A DNA stretch of 64,000 nt from NCBI GenBank assembly GCA_965237955.1, contig OZ250169.1, positions 2,336,001 to 2,400,000 of the forward strand, read 5' to 3'. Both the position numbers and the translations under genes were made by a program. The DNA is from Candidatus Marinacidobacterales bacterium. GTDB taxonomy: Bacteria > Acidobacteriota > Vicinamibacteria > Marinacidobacterales > SMYC01. The notes under the pieces are model-generated. The model ran no database searches and was not told the origin of the DNA. It worked only from the letters and a program-made list of their open reading frames with translations. This document shows positions 14,956-25,818 of the stretch, piece after piece. The stretch's first letter is position 1, and every line of letters starts with the position of its first letter.

Positions 14956-16068
14956 CTAGAGCCTCATCGGCATGACGACATAGCGGTAGTCTTTTCCTTC
15001 ATCGTCTCCGGCCGGCCGGAGCAGGCCCTGCGACGAATCGTCCTTGAGCTCGAAGCTAACTTCCGCTGCATCGGAGGCATTCAGAAAGTCGAGCAAGTAC
15101 TGACCGTTGAACCCAATCTCGATGGCTTCTCCCTCGTAGCCCGCGTCGATGGCCTCCCGGGCTTCTCCGAGCTCCGGGCTCTGTGACGACACTTCGACGC
15201 GCCCGGACTCGATCCCGAAGCGCACTGCACGCGAACGCTCGTTGGAGAGCAACGATACACGGCGGATGGCGCCTGAAAGATCATCGCGGGCACACGTCAC
15301 TGTCTTGTCGTTCCCTTCGGGAATGACTTTGTCGTACGCCGGGAACTGATCGTCGACTCGTTTCGATACCAGAAGGCGTTCGCCGAGGCGAAAGAAAAGG
15401 TGATTTTCTCCCTGCGCGAAATCCACGGGCTTCTCCTCATCACCGAGAATTTTGAGGAGCTCAAGAAGCGTTTTCTTCGGAACAATGACGCTCGCGTTGC
15501 CGCCGCCGGCGCCGTTGTCACGCTTCAGAGCAATGTAGGCAAGCCGGTGCCCATCGGTCGCCACCATCCGCAGATCGTCGTCGGTGAACTCAAGCCTCGC
15601 GCCGTTGAGAAAGTAACGATTGTCGTCGGAGGTAATCGCGAAGCTCGTCTTGTTTATGAGCTCACGGAGTGCAGCTCCTGGAATCGTCGTAAACCCGTCC
15701 TCCGGAGGTTCTGCAAAGGACGGAAACTCGGCCTTCCCAAGACCCACCATCTTAAAGAAAGACCGTCCGCTCTCGATGGACGCCCAGCTGTTCTCGAGCT
15801 CCTTAACTCGAATGTCGCTGTCGTTGACGGCACGCACTATCTCGTACAGCTTCTTCGCTGATAGGGTCAGGGCGCCGGGCTCACCTATTGTGGCCGCGAG
15901 GCGGCAATGGAGACCAACGTCGAGGTCGGTGGCGGCGAGCTCTATGGTTTTATCGGTGGCCTCCATGAGTACGTTCGCTAGAATCGGGATCGTGTTTTTT
16001 CTCTCGACTATTCCCTGAATCAGAGCCAACTCGCGAAGTAGCTCGTCCTTCTTAGCTATGAACTCCAT
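14956..16068 (-). CDS. dnaN: DNA polymerase III beta clamp
   Basis: KNTIPILANV, VATDGHRL, C-terminal YVVMPMRL. Confidence 0.98.
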   Translation of the reverse strand: MEFIAKKDELLRELALIQGIVERKNTIPILANVLMEATDKTIELAATDLDVGLHCRLAATIGEPGALTLSAKKLYEIVRAVNDSDIRVKELENSWASIESGRSFFKMVGLGKAEFPSFAEPPEDGFTTIPGAALRELINKTSFAITSDDNRYFLNGARLEFTDDDLRMVATDGHRLAYIALKRDNGAGGGNASVIVPKKTLLELLKILGDEEKPVDFAQGENHLFFRLGERLLVSKRVDDQFPAYDKVIPEGNDKTVTCARDDLSGAIRRVSLLSNERSRAVRFGIESGRVEVSSQSPELGEAREAIDAGYEGEAIEIGFNGQYLLDFLNASDAAEVSFELKDDSSQGLLRPAGDDEGKDYRYVVMPMRL

Positions 16069-16328
16069 CTAATGATCTTTCCTTATATAGAACAAGGTTC
16101 TATATAGTAATTATATCAATAAGGTGCTGTTAATAAAAATATTTTTTGTATTTAAAGGACTGAGTGTAAACGGTTTATAATTAACATTCGTTGTGGATAA
16201 GGCGGTGGACCGGACGTGCGGATCTGTCGAACAAAAAGGGGTATAGGTGGGATGCACGGACGTCCACAGTTGGGTCCACAGGGATTTAGAAAGGATCTGT
16301 GGAAGGTTGGGTGTTACGCGTTCTCGCT
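16069..16328. other. oriC (dnaA-dnaN intergenic part with unwinding element)
   Basis: Very AT-rich 16069-16190 next to perfect DnaA box TGTGGATAA (16192-16200) and degenerate boxes (GTCCACA, TGTGGAAG). Confidence 0.85.
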
Positions 16329-17702
16329 TCATCGGAACGAATCGAGGAAGTCCTGGATGACCTTGTCGAACTCTGGGTCGGTCTGCCGGAGCGTCTTGAT
16401 CTTGCGGACGGAGTGGATGACCGTGGAGTGGTGCTTGCCGCCGAAGGCTTTACCGATGTCCGGAAGGCTCGCTTTTGTGAGCGACTTACCCATATACATG
16501 GCGATCTGTCGCGGCAAGGCGACGGACTGCGCGTTGTTCCGAGCTTTCAAGTCCGCGACTTTGAGGCGGTAGTGGTCGGCGACGAACTTCTGTATCGAGT
16601 CGAGGTTGATTAGTTTGTCCTCGCTCGGCAAAAGGTCGCGGAGTACCTCCTGGGCGAGGGCGATGTCGATGGCGCGCCCGGTGAGTGACGCATATGCAAT
16701 CAAGCGGATGAGAGAGCCTTCGAGTTCGCGAATATTGGACTTTATGCGGGAAGCGATGAAAATTGCGACGTTGTCGGGTAAAGAGCACGCCTCGGCGTCG
16801 GCTTTTTTCCGGAGAATGGCTATTTTGGTCTCGAGGTCGGGGGCTTGGATATCAGCGGTAAGTCCCCACTCGAAACGAGAACGCAAGCGCTCTTCGAGCG
16901 TAGGTATTTGTCGCGGTAGAGCGTCGCACGAGAGGACAATTTGTTTCTGGGAATCGTAGAGAGCGTTGAACGTGTGGAAGAACTCCTCCTGGGTTCTTTC
17001 TTTGCCCGCGATGAACTGGATGTCGTCGACGAGGAGAACGTCGAAGGAGCGATGTTTGTCGCGGAAGTCGAGAATGCGGTCGTAACGGATCGCATTGATG
17101 AGATCGTTCATGAACTTTTCGGCGGAGATATATACGAGCTTCGACGACGGCGCTTGCTCCAAGATCTGGTGCCCGATGGCATGCAGAAGATGGGTCTTGC
17201 CGAGGCCTACACCGCCATAGATGAAGAGCGGGTTGTAGGCGCGTGAAGGAGCTTCGGCGACAGCACGGGCGGCAGCGTGGGCAAACTGGTTACTGGTGCC
17301 GACGACGTAACTATCGAAGCGGTATTTCGGATTGAGTGTCGGCGGGGTGTGGACGTCGTGGGCCGAGCGCCGAGAACCCTCGTCCGTCTGAGTGCGCAAC
17401 GAGCCCATGGGAGACGGATCGGATGCCGGCGTCTGGTTAACCCCGTTAATAGGAGCACCGTCGCGAGGCGCGTCCGTCTCGAAGACGACTTCGAGGTCGG
17501 GCCGGTGAAGCTCGTCGAGCGACTCGTGGATGATGCCGGAGTAGTGTTTGTTGAGCCAGTCTCGAAACTGAGCGTTGGGTACGAGGACGCCGACCGTGTT
17601 CCCGGCCTCGAACAGCAGCCGGGTGGGCCGAAACCAGGTATTAAAGCTATGCCGGTTGACCTTGGATTCGACCTTCTGAAGGATTTCTTCCCAGAGATTC
17701 AT
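16329..17702 (-). CDS. dnaA: chromosomal replication initiator
   Basis: YNPLFIYGGVGLGKTHL, LLVDDIQF, QEEFFHTFN, NIRELEG, FGGKHHSTV. Confidence 0.99.
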   Translation of the reverse strand: MNLWEEILQKVESKVNRHSFNTWFRPTRLLFEAGNTVGVLVPNAQFRDWLNKHYSGIIHESLDELHRPDLEVVFETDAPRDGAPINGVNQTPASDPSPMGSLRTQTDEGSRRSAHDVHTPPTLNPKYRFDSYVVGTSNQFAHAAARAVAEAPSRAYNPLFIYGGVGLGKTHLLHAIGHQILEQAPSSKLVYISAEKFMNDLINAIRYDRILDFRDKHRSFDVLLVDDIQFIAGKERTQEEFFHTFNALYDSQKQIVLSCDALPRQIPTLEERLRSRFEWGLTADIQAPDLETKIAILRKKADAEACSLPDNVAIFIASRIKSNIRELEGSLIRLIAYASLTGRAIDIALAQEVLRDLLPSEDKLINLDSIQKFVADHYRLKVADLKARNNAQSVALPRQIAMYMGKSLTKASLPDIGKAFGGKHHSTVIHSVRKIKTLRQTDPEFDKVIQDFLDSFR

Positions 17703-17830
17703 GTTCTATATTATTGATAAAAAAAGGGTTATATACACAAAACATGATGTTTGGGGCACCACCGCAGAGCTCCGGAAGGGGGGAGTTACCCACAGGTTTT
17801 TCAACAAATGTGGAAAAAAAGCCATACGAG
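17703..17830. promoter_or_regulatory. DnaA-box cluster upstream of dnaA
   Basis: TTACCCACA 17786-94, TTTTCAACA 17798-806, TGTGGAAAA 17809-17. Confidence 0.7.
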
Positions 17831-17957
17831 GGACCCCATCCCCGTTGGAAAAATGTTCCCGTGTTTGTCAACCGGACAGGGGACGTACACTAGCATACGG
17901 TCGGATTGGGGAACAAGAAAAAAGATCCCCGCCGGTTTTTTTGGGGAGAGCACAACG

Positions 17958-17986
17958 TTGACAGCGGTTTCGCCGTGCTGTAAAAT
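17958..17986 (+). promoter_or_regulatory. sigma70 promoter of rpmH operon
   Basis: TTGACA-17 bp-TAAAAT. Confidence 0.7.
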
Positions 17987-18076
17987 GTTGAGTTTCGTTC
18001 TGGCGCTGAGGAAACTGGAATCTCTCTCGCGAGCGAACGCATTGGTGCGACTGAGGAAAGCCAAAGAGTCAGAAAT

Positions 18077-18211
18077 ATGAAGAGAACGTTTCAACCGAAT
18101 CGGCGCCGGCGCAAAAAGACGCACGGGTTCCGCATCCGCATGCGATCCAAAGCCGGAAGGGCCGTCTTGGCGCGTCGTCGGCGTAAAGGGCGTCACCGAC
18201 TCGCTGTGTGA
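18077..18211 (+). CDS. rpmH: 50S ribosomal protein L34 (not in ORF track)
   Basis: Translates to [44 protein letters not shown]. Confidence 0.98.
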   Translation: MKRTFQPNRRRRKKTHGFRIRMRSKAGRAVLARRRRKGRHRLAV

Positions 18212-18573
18212 CGACGACCCGCCGCAGCCAACACTTCTTGCCGGGTGAGCGACTCCGCCACGGGAAAGACTTTCGAAAGGCGTATCAAGAAGGACAGCGC
18301 TTGGTCTGTCGTTTCTTTGTAGCCTTCGTCGTCCCAAGAGGTGCCGGGCCACTACGCTTGGGTGTGGTGGCGAGTCGACGCGTCGGCGGAGCGGTAGCGC
18401 GTAACCGCGCAAAGCGGTTGTTGCGAGAAGTCTTCCGCCTAAGGAGGCCACGCCGGGAGGTATCGGCGGACGTCGTGTTGGTGGCTCGCGGACCGATTGC
18501 GAAAGCGCGCTACCAGGATGTGGAAACGGCGTACGTGCGAAACGTAGGAAAGTTGCTTGAGAAAGGTGCTTGA
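18208..18573 (+). CDS. rnpA: ribonuclease P protein component
   Basis: [25 protein letters not shown] (RNR motif); synteny. Confidence 0.95.
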   Translation: MTTTRRSQHFLPGERLRHGKDFRKAYQEGQRLVCRFFVAFVVPRGAGPLRLGVVASRRVGGAVARNRAKRLLREVFRLRRPRREVSADVVLVARGPIAKARYQDVETAYVRNVGKLLEKGA

Positions 18574-18824
18574 GAAAATTCCTTGAGTTCGTCGCCTTTA
18601 TTGATGGCGTTGTGTTGAGCGCGCTCATGCGCTTCGCGATCCGGGCGTATCAACTCAGCGTCGGCATCTTGTTGCGAGGCGCGTGCCGGTTCGAGCCGCC
18701 GTGCTCGCGCTATTCGGACGAAGCGATCCGCCGCCACGGCGCAATGCGAGGACTCTGGCTCACGGTGAGTCGGATTGCCCGATGCCACCCGTTCCACCCC
18801 GGCGGCGTCGATCCGGTGCCATAG
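18570..18824 (+). CDS. yidD: membrane protein insertion efficiency factor
   Basis: CRFEPPCSRY, RCHPFHPGGVDPVP. Confidence 0.92.
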   Translation: MRKFLEFVAFIDGVVLSALMRFAIRAYQLSVGILLRGACRFEPPCSRYSDEAIRRHGAMRGLWLTVSRIARCHPFHPGGVDPVP

Positions 18825-18838
18825 AGAGACGTCGCGAC

Positions 18839-20674
18839 ATGGGCGAGATGGAAAAGCGATTGCTGTTGTTCTTCGGGGTGACCTTCGTCCTGGTGTCGCT
18901 GTGGCCGCGGATCTTTCCCGCGCCCCGACCACCGGAACCCTTCGAGCCTCCGGCAGCAGTGGAGGACGCTCGCGACGTCGAGCCAGGTGGTAACGCCCCG
19001 GCGCTCGACGCGAGCGCGCCATCGCCGGGGACGGAAGACGTCGAGGCCATCGAGGCCGCCGCCGCCGCCGCGGTAGACAAAGGCGCTGAGGTCGCGGCCG
19101 TATCGGAGCGCAACGTCGTCGTCGAGACGTCGATGTATGAGATGAAGCTGACCAACCGCGGGGCGCGTATGCTGAGCTTCATGCTCCAGGAATACCGCGA
19201 CAAAGAAGGCCGCCCCTATGAAATGGTGGGGCAAAACGCACCGGCGCAGCTGGATATTCGTCCGTTGGATGTTCGGCTCGACGATAGTCGACAAACGGCG
19301 GGGGTCAAGAAGGCGTTGTTCGAAGTGGACGCACCGGCCCGGATTTCGTTGCGCGACGGCGAAGAGAGGGTCGTCGAGCTCAACTGGTCGGACGGCCGCG
19401 GCCTCGAAGTGACGAAGCGCCTGACGCTCGTGGGCGGGATGTACCGCATCGGCGTCGAGGTGTCGGTGAAGATGCGGGGGCAAGAGATCGCGAAGTCGGT
19501 GCTGAACGGGGCTGGCATCGGGAACGAAGTTGCGCCAAGCCGCTTCGCGGGAGCGGAGAAGGGCGTCGTCGCCACCGGTAGCGAAGTGGTGTTGTTCTCG
19601 GCGGGCGACGTCGAGGACGGCGACGGGGACCTCGGCAATATCACCGCGACCGGCGTGGCATCGCACTACTTCACCGCGCTCATGCTCCCGGTGCGCTCGG
19701 AGGCGGGGAGCATCGACTCGAGGCTCGAGGTCTCGACCATCCAACAACAAAAGGACCGTGACGTGAGCGCGGAGAACGAGACGAAACTCGTTGACCGAGA
19801 CGTCATCACCGCGCAACTACTCGCTCGGGCTTCACCGGCGGAGTTCACGCTCTATATCGGCCCGAAGAAACTCGAACGCCTTCGAGCGTTGGGGCCGGGG
19901 ATGGATCAGATCATCGAGTTCGGATCGTGGATGCGCTATCCCGCGCTCATGCTCCGCACGTGGCTTCTGGCCATCTACGACTACGTGGGGAACTACGGCG
20001 TTGCGATCGTGTTGCTGACGGTGCTCATCAATATCCTTCTTGTGCCGCTGAAGCACTACAGCTTCGTCTCGATGCGGAAGATGCAGAAGATCGCGCCGCA
20101 AACCCAGAAGATTAGACAACGGTACAAAAAGGTCAAGCCGACCGACCCGCGTTACGCCGAAATGAACCAGGAGATGCAGGCGCTCTACAAGGAGCACGGC
20201 GTCAATCCGGTATCGGGGTGTCTCCCGATGGTTCTGATGATCCCGTTCTTTTTTGCGTTCTACCGGATGTTGATGGCGTCGATCGAGCTGCGCCAGGCAC
20301 CATTCATTTGGTGGATAGATGATCTCGCGGTGCACGATCCGTGGTTCGTGCTGCCGATTCTCATGGGCGGCACCCAGCTCGCAATCCAGAAAATGACGCC
20401 GCAAACGGGCGCCGATCCAATGCAGGCCAAGATCATGGCGTTCATGCCGGTCATATTCACGGTGATGCTCGCAGGGGCGCCGGCGGGGCTCGTGCTCTAC
20501 TGGTTCTCGAACAACTTGGTGTCGATGGCGCAGCAGAAGATCACCAACCGCATCCTGCAGGACAAAGACGCGGCGATAGCCGGGCACTCGGCGAAGCCGG
20601 ACAAAAACGTCAGGGGCGTGAAGACGGGCAAAAAACGCAAGGGTAAGAAGGGCGGAAAGGGGCCGGCGGCCTGA
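18839..20674 (+). CDS. yidC: membrane protein insertase
   Basis: MEKRLLLF, GNYGVAIVLLT, NPVSGCLP, GLVLYWFSNN. Confidence 0.96.
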   Translation: MGEMEKRLLLFFGVTFVLVSLWPRIFPAPRPPEPFEPPAAVEDARDVEPGGNAPALDASAPSPGTEDVEAIEAAAAAAVDKGAEVAAVSERNVVVETSMYEMKLTNRGARMLSFMLQEYRDKEGRPYEMVGQNAPAQLDIRPLDVRLDDSRQTAGVKKALFEVDAPARISLRDGEERVVELNWSDGRGLEVTKRLTLVGGMYRIGVEVSVKMRGQEIAKSVLNGAGIGNEVAPSRFAGAEKGVVATGSEVVLFSAGDVEDGDGDLGNITATGVASHYFTALMLPVRSEAGSIDSRLEVSTIQQQKDRDVSAENETKLVDRDVITAQLLARASPAEFTLYIGPKKLERLRALGPGMDQIIEFGSWMRYPALMLRTWLLAIYDYVGNYGVAIVLLTVLINILLVPLKHYSFVSMRKMQKIAPQTQKIRQRYKKVKPTDPRYAEMNQEMQALYKEHGVNPVSGCLPMVLMIPFFFAFYRMLMASIELRQAPFIWWIDDLAVHDPWFVLPILMGGTQLAIQKMTPQTGADPMQAKIMAFMPVIFTVMLAGAPAGLVLYWFSNNLVSMAQQKITNRILQDKDAAIAGHSAKPDKNVRGVKTGKKRKGKKGGKGPAA

Positions 20675-20702
20675 CCGGCTGCCCGACGGGAGGACGGAAG
20701 AC

Positions 20703-21182
20703 GTGACCGAAGAAGCTCGAGATGCGGTAGAAGGTGAGCCGCTCGAAGAGTCAGTTCGAGAGCTCGTGGACGAGATGCTCGACCACCTCGATTGGGCCTT
20801 GGACGTCGAGGTCCATGGAGACGATCCGGAGACGTTGCGGGTGGAGCTCTATGGCGAGGACCGGGAGATCCTGGTCCGAAACCGCGCTGAGGTACTCGAA
20901 GTATTCCAGTACTTGACGAACCGGATCTTTGGTCGCGAGCTCGGTGAGCGCCGGATCGTCGTCGATAGCGACGGCTACCGCGCGCAGAAGGAGGCCGAGC
21001 TCCAAGAGATTGCTGCGCGCGTCTCCGAGCGGGTCAAACTCACGGGGCGGGAAGAAGAGCTCGGCAGCATGAATCCCTACGAGCGCCGCATCGTCCACTT
21101 GGCGGTGGCCGAGCTCGAGGGCGTCACTACCGAAAGCGAGGGCGACGGGGTGATGAAGCGCGTCGTCATCCTGCCGACCTAG
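20703..21182 (+). CDS. jag: Jag/KhpB-like KH+R3H RNA-binding protein (short, no Jag_N domain)
   Basis: MNPYERRIVH R3H motif, TESEGDG; follows yidC. Confidence 0.85.
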   Translation: MTEEARDAVEGEPLEESVRELVDEMLDHLDWALDVEVHGDDPETLRVELYGEDREILVRNRAEVLEVFQYLTNRIFGRELGERRIVVDSDGYRAQKEAELQEIAARVSERVKLTGREEELGSMNPYERRIVHLAVAELEGVTTESEGDGVMKRVVILPT

Positions 21183-21192
21183 CACGACAGCC

Positions 21193-21816
21193 GTGGAGTT
21201 CAGCGCTCGCCTCGAAAAGGCGCTGGGCGCGGACGTCCGCGGGCTGCCGGAGACAACACTCGAAAGCCTAGAAGCGCTGGACGCCCTTTTGTCGCGGTGG
21301 GGGGAAGCGGTCGATCTCATAGGTTTCAAGACCCTGGACGAGCGCGATCGCCGCTATTTTGCCGAAGCGTTGGCGGCGCTTCCCTGGCTCCCCGACGAAG
21401 GCCGAGCGCTCGACATCGGCTCCGGCGGGGGGAGCCCAGCGTTGCCGCTCGCCGTCGCGAGGAGAACGCTCGAGTGGACGCTGGTCGAGGCAAACGAGCG
21501 CAAGGCGGTGTTCTTGGACGAGGCAGCTCGAGCGCTGCAACTTGGTAACGTGACCGTCGTCCAGACCCGCTACGAGGATTTGAAGCCTGACGTGTCCCTG
21601 GATACGGTGACGGTTCGCGGTGTCGCTCTAAGGGACGAAACGCTGGAGAGAATCGGGGTTGAGCTCGCGCCTTCAGGCCGATTCCTCTGGTTCAGCAGTG
21701 AGGCTCGCCTGAAGGAGGCACGCGCGCGGCTCGAGCGATCGTGGGCGCGGTGTACGGGCCCGATACCGCTCGTACGGAACGGAGGGTTCCTCCTGGTGGC
21801 CAGAGCCCGGTCCTAG
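21193..21816 (+). CDS. rsmG: 16S rRNA m7G527 methyltransferase
   Basis: LDIGSGGGSPALPLA, LVEANERKAVFL; precedes parA. Confidence 0.85.
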   Translation: MEFSARLEKALGADVRGLPETTLESLEALDALLSRWGEAVDLIGFKTLDERDRRYFAEALAALPWLPDEGRALDIGSGGGSPALPLAVARRTLEWTLVEANERKAVFLDEAARALQLGNVTVVQTRYEDLKPDVSLDTVTVRGVALRDETLERIGVELAPSGRFLWFSSEARLKEARARLERSWARCTGPIPLVRNGGFLLVARARS

Positions 21817-21827
21817 ATGTTCCTAGA

Positions 21828-21843
21828 TGTTTCACGTGAAACA
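21828..21843. promoter_or_regulatory. parS centromere site
   Basis: Perfect palindrome TGTTTCACGTGAAACA upstream of parA. Confidence 0.95.
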
Positions 21844-21844
21844 T

Positions 21845-21873
21845 TGAGCACTGAGCACTGAGCACTAAGCATT
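21845..21873 (+). repeat. heptamer tandem repeat (TGAGCAC) x~4
   Basis: TGAGCAC TGAGCAC TGAGCAC TAAGCAT. Confidence 0.8.
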
Positions 21874-21979
21874 GCGCATTGCCGGGCCGCTGGCGAGAGG
21901 AAGCTGTCAGCTGGCCGGCTGTGCTATGCTCTCGGGCCTCAAATCCTCAGGAATCCCGCCCCATGTCGAGACTGTAGCC

Positions 21980-22736
<757 letters not shown>

Positions 22737-22759
<23 letters not shown>

Positions 22760-23630
22760 GGGGCTCGCCGCCCTTCTACCCGAAGAGCCGGGACAAGACC
22801 CAAGGGGCCAAAGCGGCGCCCTGCTCGAGGTCGATCCGGCGCGGATCGACCCCAACCCCGACCAACCGCGTCAGCATATCGATGAAGCGAAGCTCGCCGA
22901 GCTTGCCCAATCCATGAGCGAGCAAGGCATCGTGCAGCCAATGATCGTCCGCAAGGACGGGTCGCGATTCCAGCTCATTGCCGGGGAGAGGCGGTGGCGG
23001 GCGGCTCAACGAGCCGGGCTCGAGAAAGTCCCCGTGCTGGTGCGGGACGTGGCCGATCATCAGGTGCTCGAGATCGCCCTCGTCGAGAATATCCAGCGCG
23101 AGGAGCTCAATCCCATCGAAGAGGCCTCGGCCTACCGCCGGCTCGTCTCTGAGCTCGGCTACTCCCAAGAGCAAGTGGCGTCCCGGGTGGGGAAGGACCG
23201 ATCCACCGTTGCGAATCTGTTAAGGCTATTGCGGCTCCCACGCGACGTGCGAGGGCTCATCGCGAAACAGCTTCTGTCACCGGGGCACGCGCGGCCGCTC
23301 CTCTCGCTCGCGAGCGCCGAGCACCAGCTCGAGATTGCGGCTCAAATCGTCGCCAAGGGTCTGAGCGTACGTGAGGTGGAGCGACGGGTGAACGCCGTAA
23401 AGACCCCGGCCGCGAAGCCGAAGCCATCAAGAAAGCGTGACCCGAACACACGAGAGGCTGAGCGTCGCCTGGAGCAAGCACTCGGTACTGCGGTCCGCAT
23501 CCGAAGGCAGGGGCGGGGAAACAAGCAGCGAGGCCGGGTGGAGATCGACTTCCACTCCGAGGAGGAGCTCCACCGCCTATATGAGGTCATTCAGCGTGGC
23601 GCCCGCGCAGGGAAACGAGGCCGATCATAA
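22737..23630 (+). CDS. parB: chromosome partitioning protein ParB
   Basis: LGKGLAAL, NPDQPR, IAGERRWRAA, ENIQREELNPIEEA. Confidence 0.97.
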
Positions 23631-23682
23631 CCGGACTTGAGAAAACACCGCGCAACCGGACCAAGAAAGGGGTTTCAGGAAC

Positions 23683-24084
23683 GTGAGGAAAAAGGATGAA
23701 GGGAGCGGTGAGCTCGAGGGCTTTCTAGACGAGGGCACGTCGTTTTCGGGAGAGGTCACCTTCCACGACACACTCCGGATCGACGGCAAGTTCGAAGGAG
23801 CGGTGCGCTCGGGAAATACCCTCGTTGTCGGGGAGTCTGCCGACGTCAACGCCGAGGTGGATGTCGCCGTCGTGTCGGTCAGTGGTCGCATCCGCGGCAA
23901 TGTGCGCGCTAGTGAGCGCGTCGAGCTTCACCCGACGGCACGAGCCGAGTGCAGTCTCGACTGCAAAGTTCTCGTCGTGCACGAAGGCGCATTGTTCGAC
24001 GGGCAGTGCGCCATGGGAGGTAAAAAGACCCCACACGAAGTATCCCCAAGTGACCGATTGAATAAATTAGTATCTTCTAAATGA
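23683..24084 (+). CDS. bactofilin (polymer-forming cytoskeletal protein)
   Basis: LRIDGKFEG, beta-helix repeats, EGALFDGQC. Confidence 0.88.
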   Translation: MRKKDEGSGELEGFLDEGTSFSGEVTFHDTLRIDGKFEGAVRSGNTLVVGESADVNAEVDVAVVSVSGRIRGNVRASERVELHPTARAECSLDCKVLVVHEGALFDGQCAMGGKKTPHEVSPSDRLNKLVSSK

Positions 24085-24211
24085 CAATACCGCGTTGATA
24101 AAAGACCAAGCGTGATGCTTGGGTGCGCGCGGCGCGTTGACGGCATCAAGAAGCGCGTGTTATAGTTAGAAGCTTTGTCGGGTATTTTTGGCCCTATCAG
24201 GAAACCGTAGC

Positions 24212-24640
24212 TTGATATCCATTGACGTCACGGCACTGATCATCTCTGCGCTCGTCTTCGGGCTCGTTTTTGTTCTGAAGAACACCTTTTTCGAGCCCCT
24301 CGCACAAGCGATGGAGACGCGGCAAGATCGAATCGACCGCGCCGCCACTGCATGGGATGACGCCGTAAAGACCATCGACCAAGCGCGCGCCGAAGTTGCG
24401 GCCGCTGTTCAAGCCACCCGCAACGAAGGATACCAACTGCTCGACGAAGCACGCACGGAGGCTCAGCAAAAAGCCCGGGCCGAGCTCGACGAGGGGCGCG
24501 ACGCCGCGCAGAAACAAATCGCCGACGCAATAAAGCGCCTCTCCGACGAGACCGACAAAGCTGTGCAGACACTCGAACGCGATGCCGACGCGCTGGCGTC
24601 CCAAATCGCTAGCCGCATTCTCGGACGAGAGGTTGCATGA
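24212..24640 (+). CDS. atpF: ATP synthase F0 subunit b'
   Basis: N-terminal TM then FFEPL and coiled coil, ends ILGREV; TTG start inferred. Confidence 0.85.
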   Translation: MISIDVTALIISALVFGLVFVLKNTFFEPLAQAMETRQDRIDRAATAWDDAVKTIDQARAEVAAAVQATRNEGYQLLDEARTEAQQKARAELDEGRDAAQKQIADAIKRLSDETDKAVQTLERDADALASQIASRILGREVA

Positions 24641-25182
24641 ACTTAGCCAACCGCATCGCCGTTTTCTTTTTCCTCACAAGCGTCGCCACACCTCTTTATG
24701 CTGCCGAAGGGAGCAACCTCCCCCGGATTACCAACTTCGCCATCGTGGCGGTGGCGCTCGTCTTTGCGCTCAAGAAGCCGCTCGCCGGCTACCTCCAGGC
24801 GCGCACGGATCAAATCCGTGCCGAGCTCGTCGACGCGAAGGAAAAAAGCGCGAAGGCCGAAGTTGAGCTTGAACAGGCCAAGGCTCTACTCGGAAGCCTC
24901 GACGACGAGGTCGAAAAAGCCAAACGGGAAGCAAGGAAGGCCGCCGAGGCCGAAAAAGCGCGCATCTTGAACGCGGCCGAGATCGAAGCGGCCCGTATCA
25001 GAAAGATCGCCAAAAAGGAGATCGACAACGAAGTCGAGACCGCACGGCGTAAACTTCTCGCTCGTGCGGCCGAGCTTTCGGTGTCGCTCGCGCACGAGAA
25101 ACTCGAAAGCTCGTTGACCGAAGAAGACCAAATCAAGCTCATCGATCGGAGCATCGAGATCTTGGAGAAGACTCAGTCGTGA
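24637..25182 (+). CDS. atpF: ATP synthase F0 subunit b
   Basis: ITNFAIV TM, LKKPL, coiled coil. Confidence 0.88.
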   Translation: MNLANRIAVFFFLTSVATPLYAAEGSNLPRITNFAIVAVALVFALKKPLAGYLQARTDQIRAELVDAKEKSAKAEVELEQAKALLGSLDDEVEKAKREARKAAEAEKARILNAAEIEAARIRKIAKKEIDNEVETARRKLLARAAELSVSLAHEKLESSLTEEDQIKLIDRSIEILEKTQS

Positions 25183-25751
25183 CTACGGCGGGATCGTTCG
25201 TCATCGCGGAGCGCTACGCTCGGGCTCTGCTCGGCGTGGCCCTGGATGATGACAAGAATGACAAGAAGGTCGATCCGGACAAGATCGAACGAGAGCTCTC
25301 GGACATCGCCGCGTTGCTCGAATCTCAACCCAAGCTCGCCGACGCGCTGTCTACGCCGGCGATCGCGGCCGAAACCCGCGTTGCGATACTAGACGAAGTT
25401 ATTTCCGGGGAGAGTCTCACGGGAGCGACGGTCAACCTCCTTCGACTCCTGACGTCGAGGGAGCGGATGTCGGTGTTCGGTCTCATCATCGAGCAATACC
25501 GGAAGTTACTGCTGGAGCACAAACAGATCCAACCCGGCGAGGTGACGTCGGCCCACCCACTCAATGACCAACAGCAAAAGCGACTCGCCGATGGCCTGGG
25601 CGAAGCCCTGGGCAAGACAATGGAGCTGACCTTCTCGAACGACACGAAGCTCGTCGGCGGTCTCGTTGTGCGCGTTTCTAACCGCGTCTACGATGCCAGC
25701 GTCATCAGGCAGCTCGAGCGGGTCAAAGAAAAGGCGTTATCGAGTTTCTGA
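25179..25751 (+). CDS. atpH: ATP synthase delta subunit
   Basis: [22 protein letters not shown]. Confidence 0.93.
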   Translation: MTTAGSFVIAERYARALLGVALDDDKNDKKVDPDKIERELSDIAALLESQPKLADALSTPAIAAETRVAILDEVISGESLTGATVNLLRLLTSRERMSVFGLIIEQYRKLLLEHKQIQPGEVTSAHPLNDQQQKRLADGLGEALGKTMELTFSNDTKLVGGLVVRVSNRVYDASVIRQLERVKEKALSSF

Positions 25752-25818
25752 GGTCACGATTCAAGCGAGCGCCGCGCTACAAAAAGCGATGGGCTCGATT
25801 CGAGGTAAGGGAACAGGA

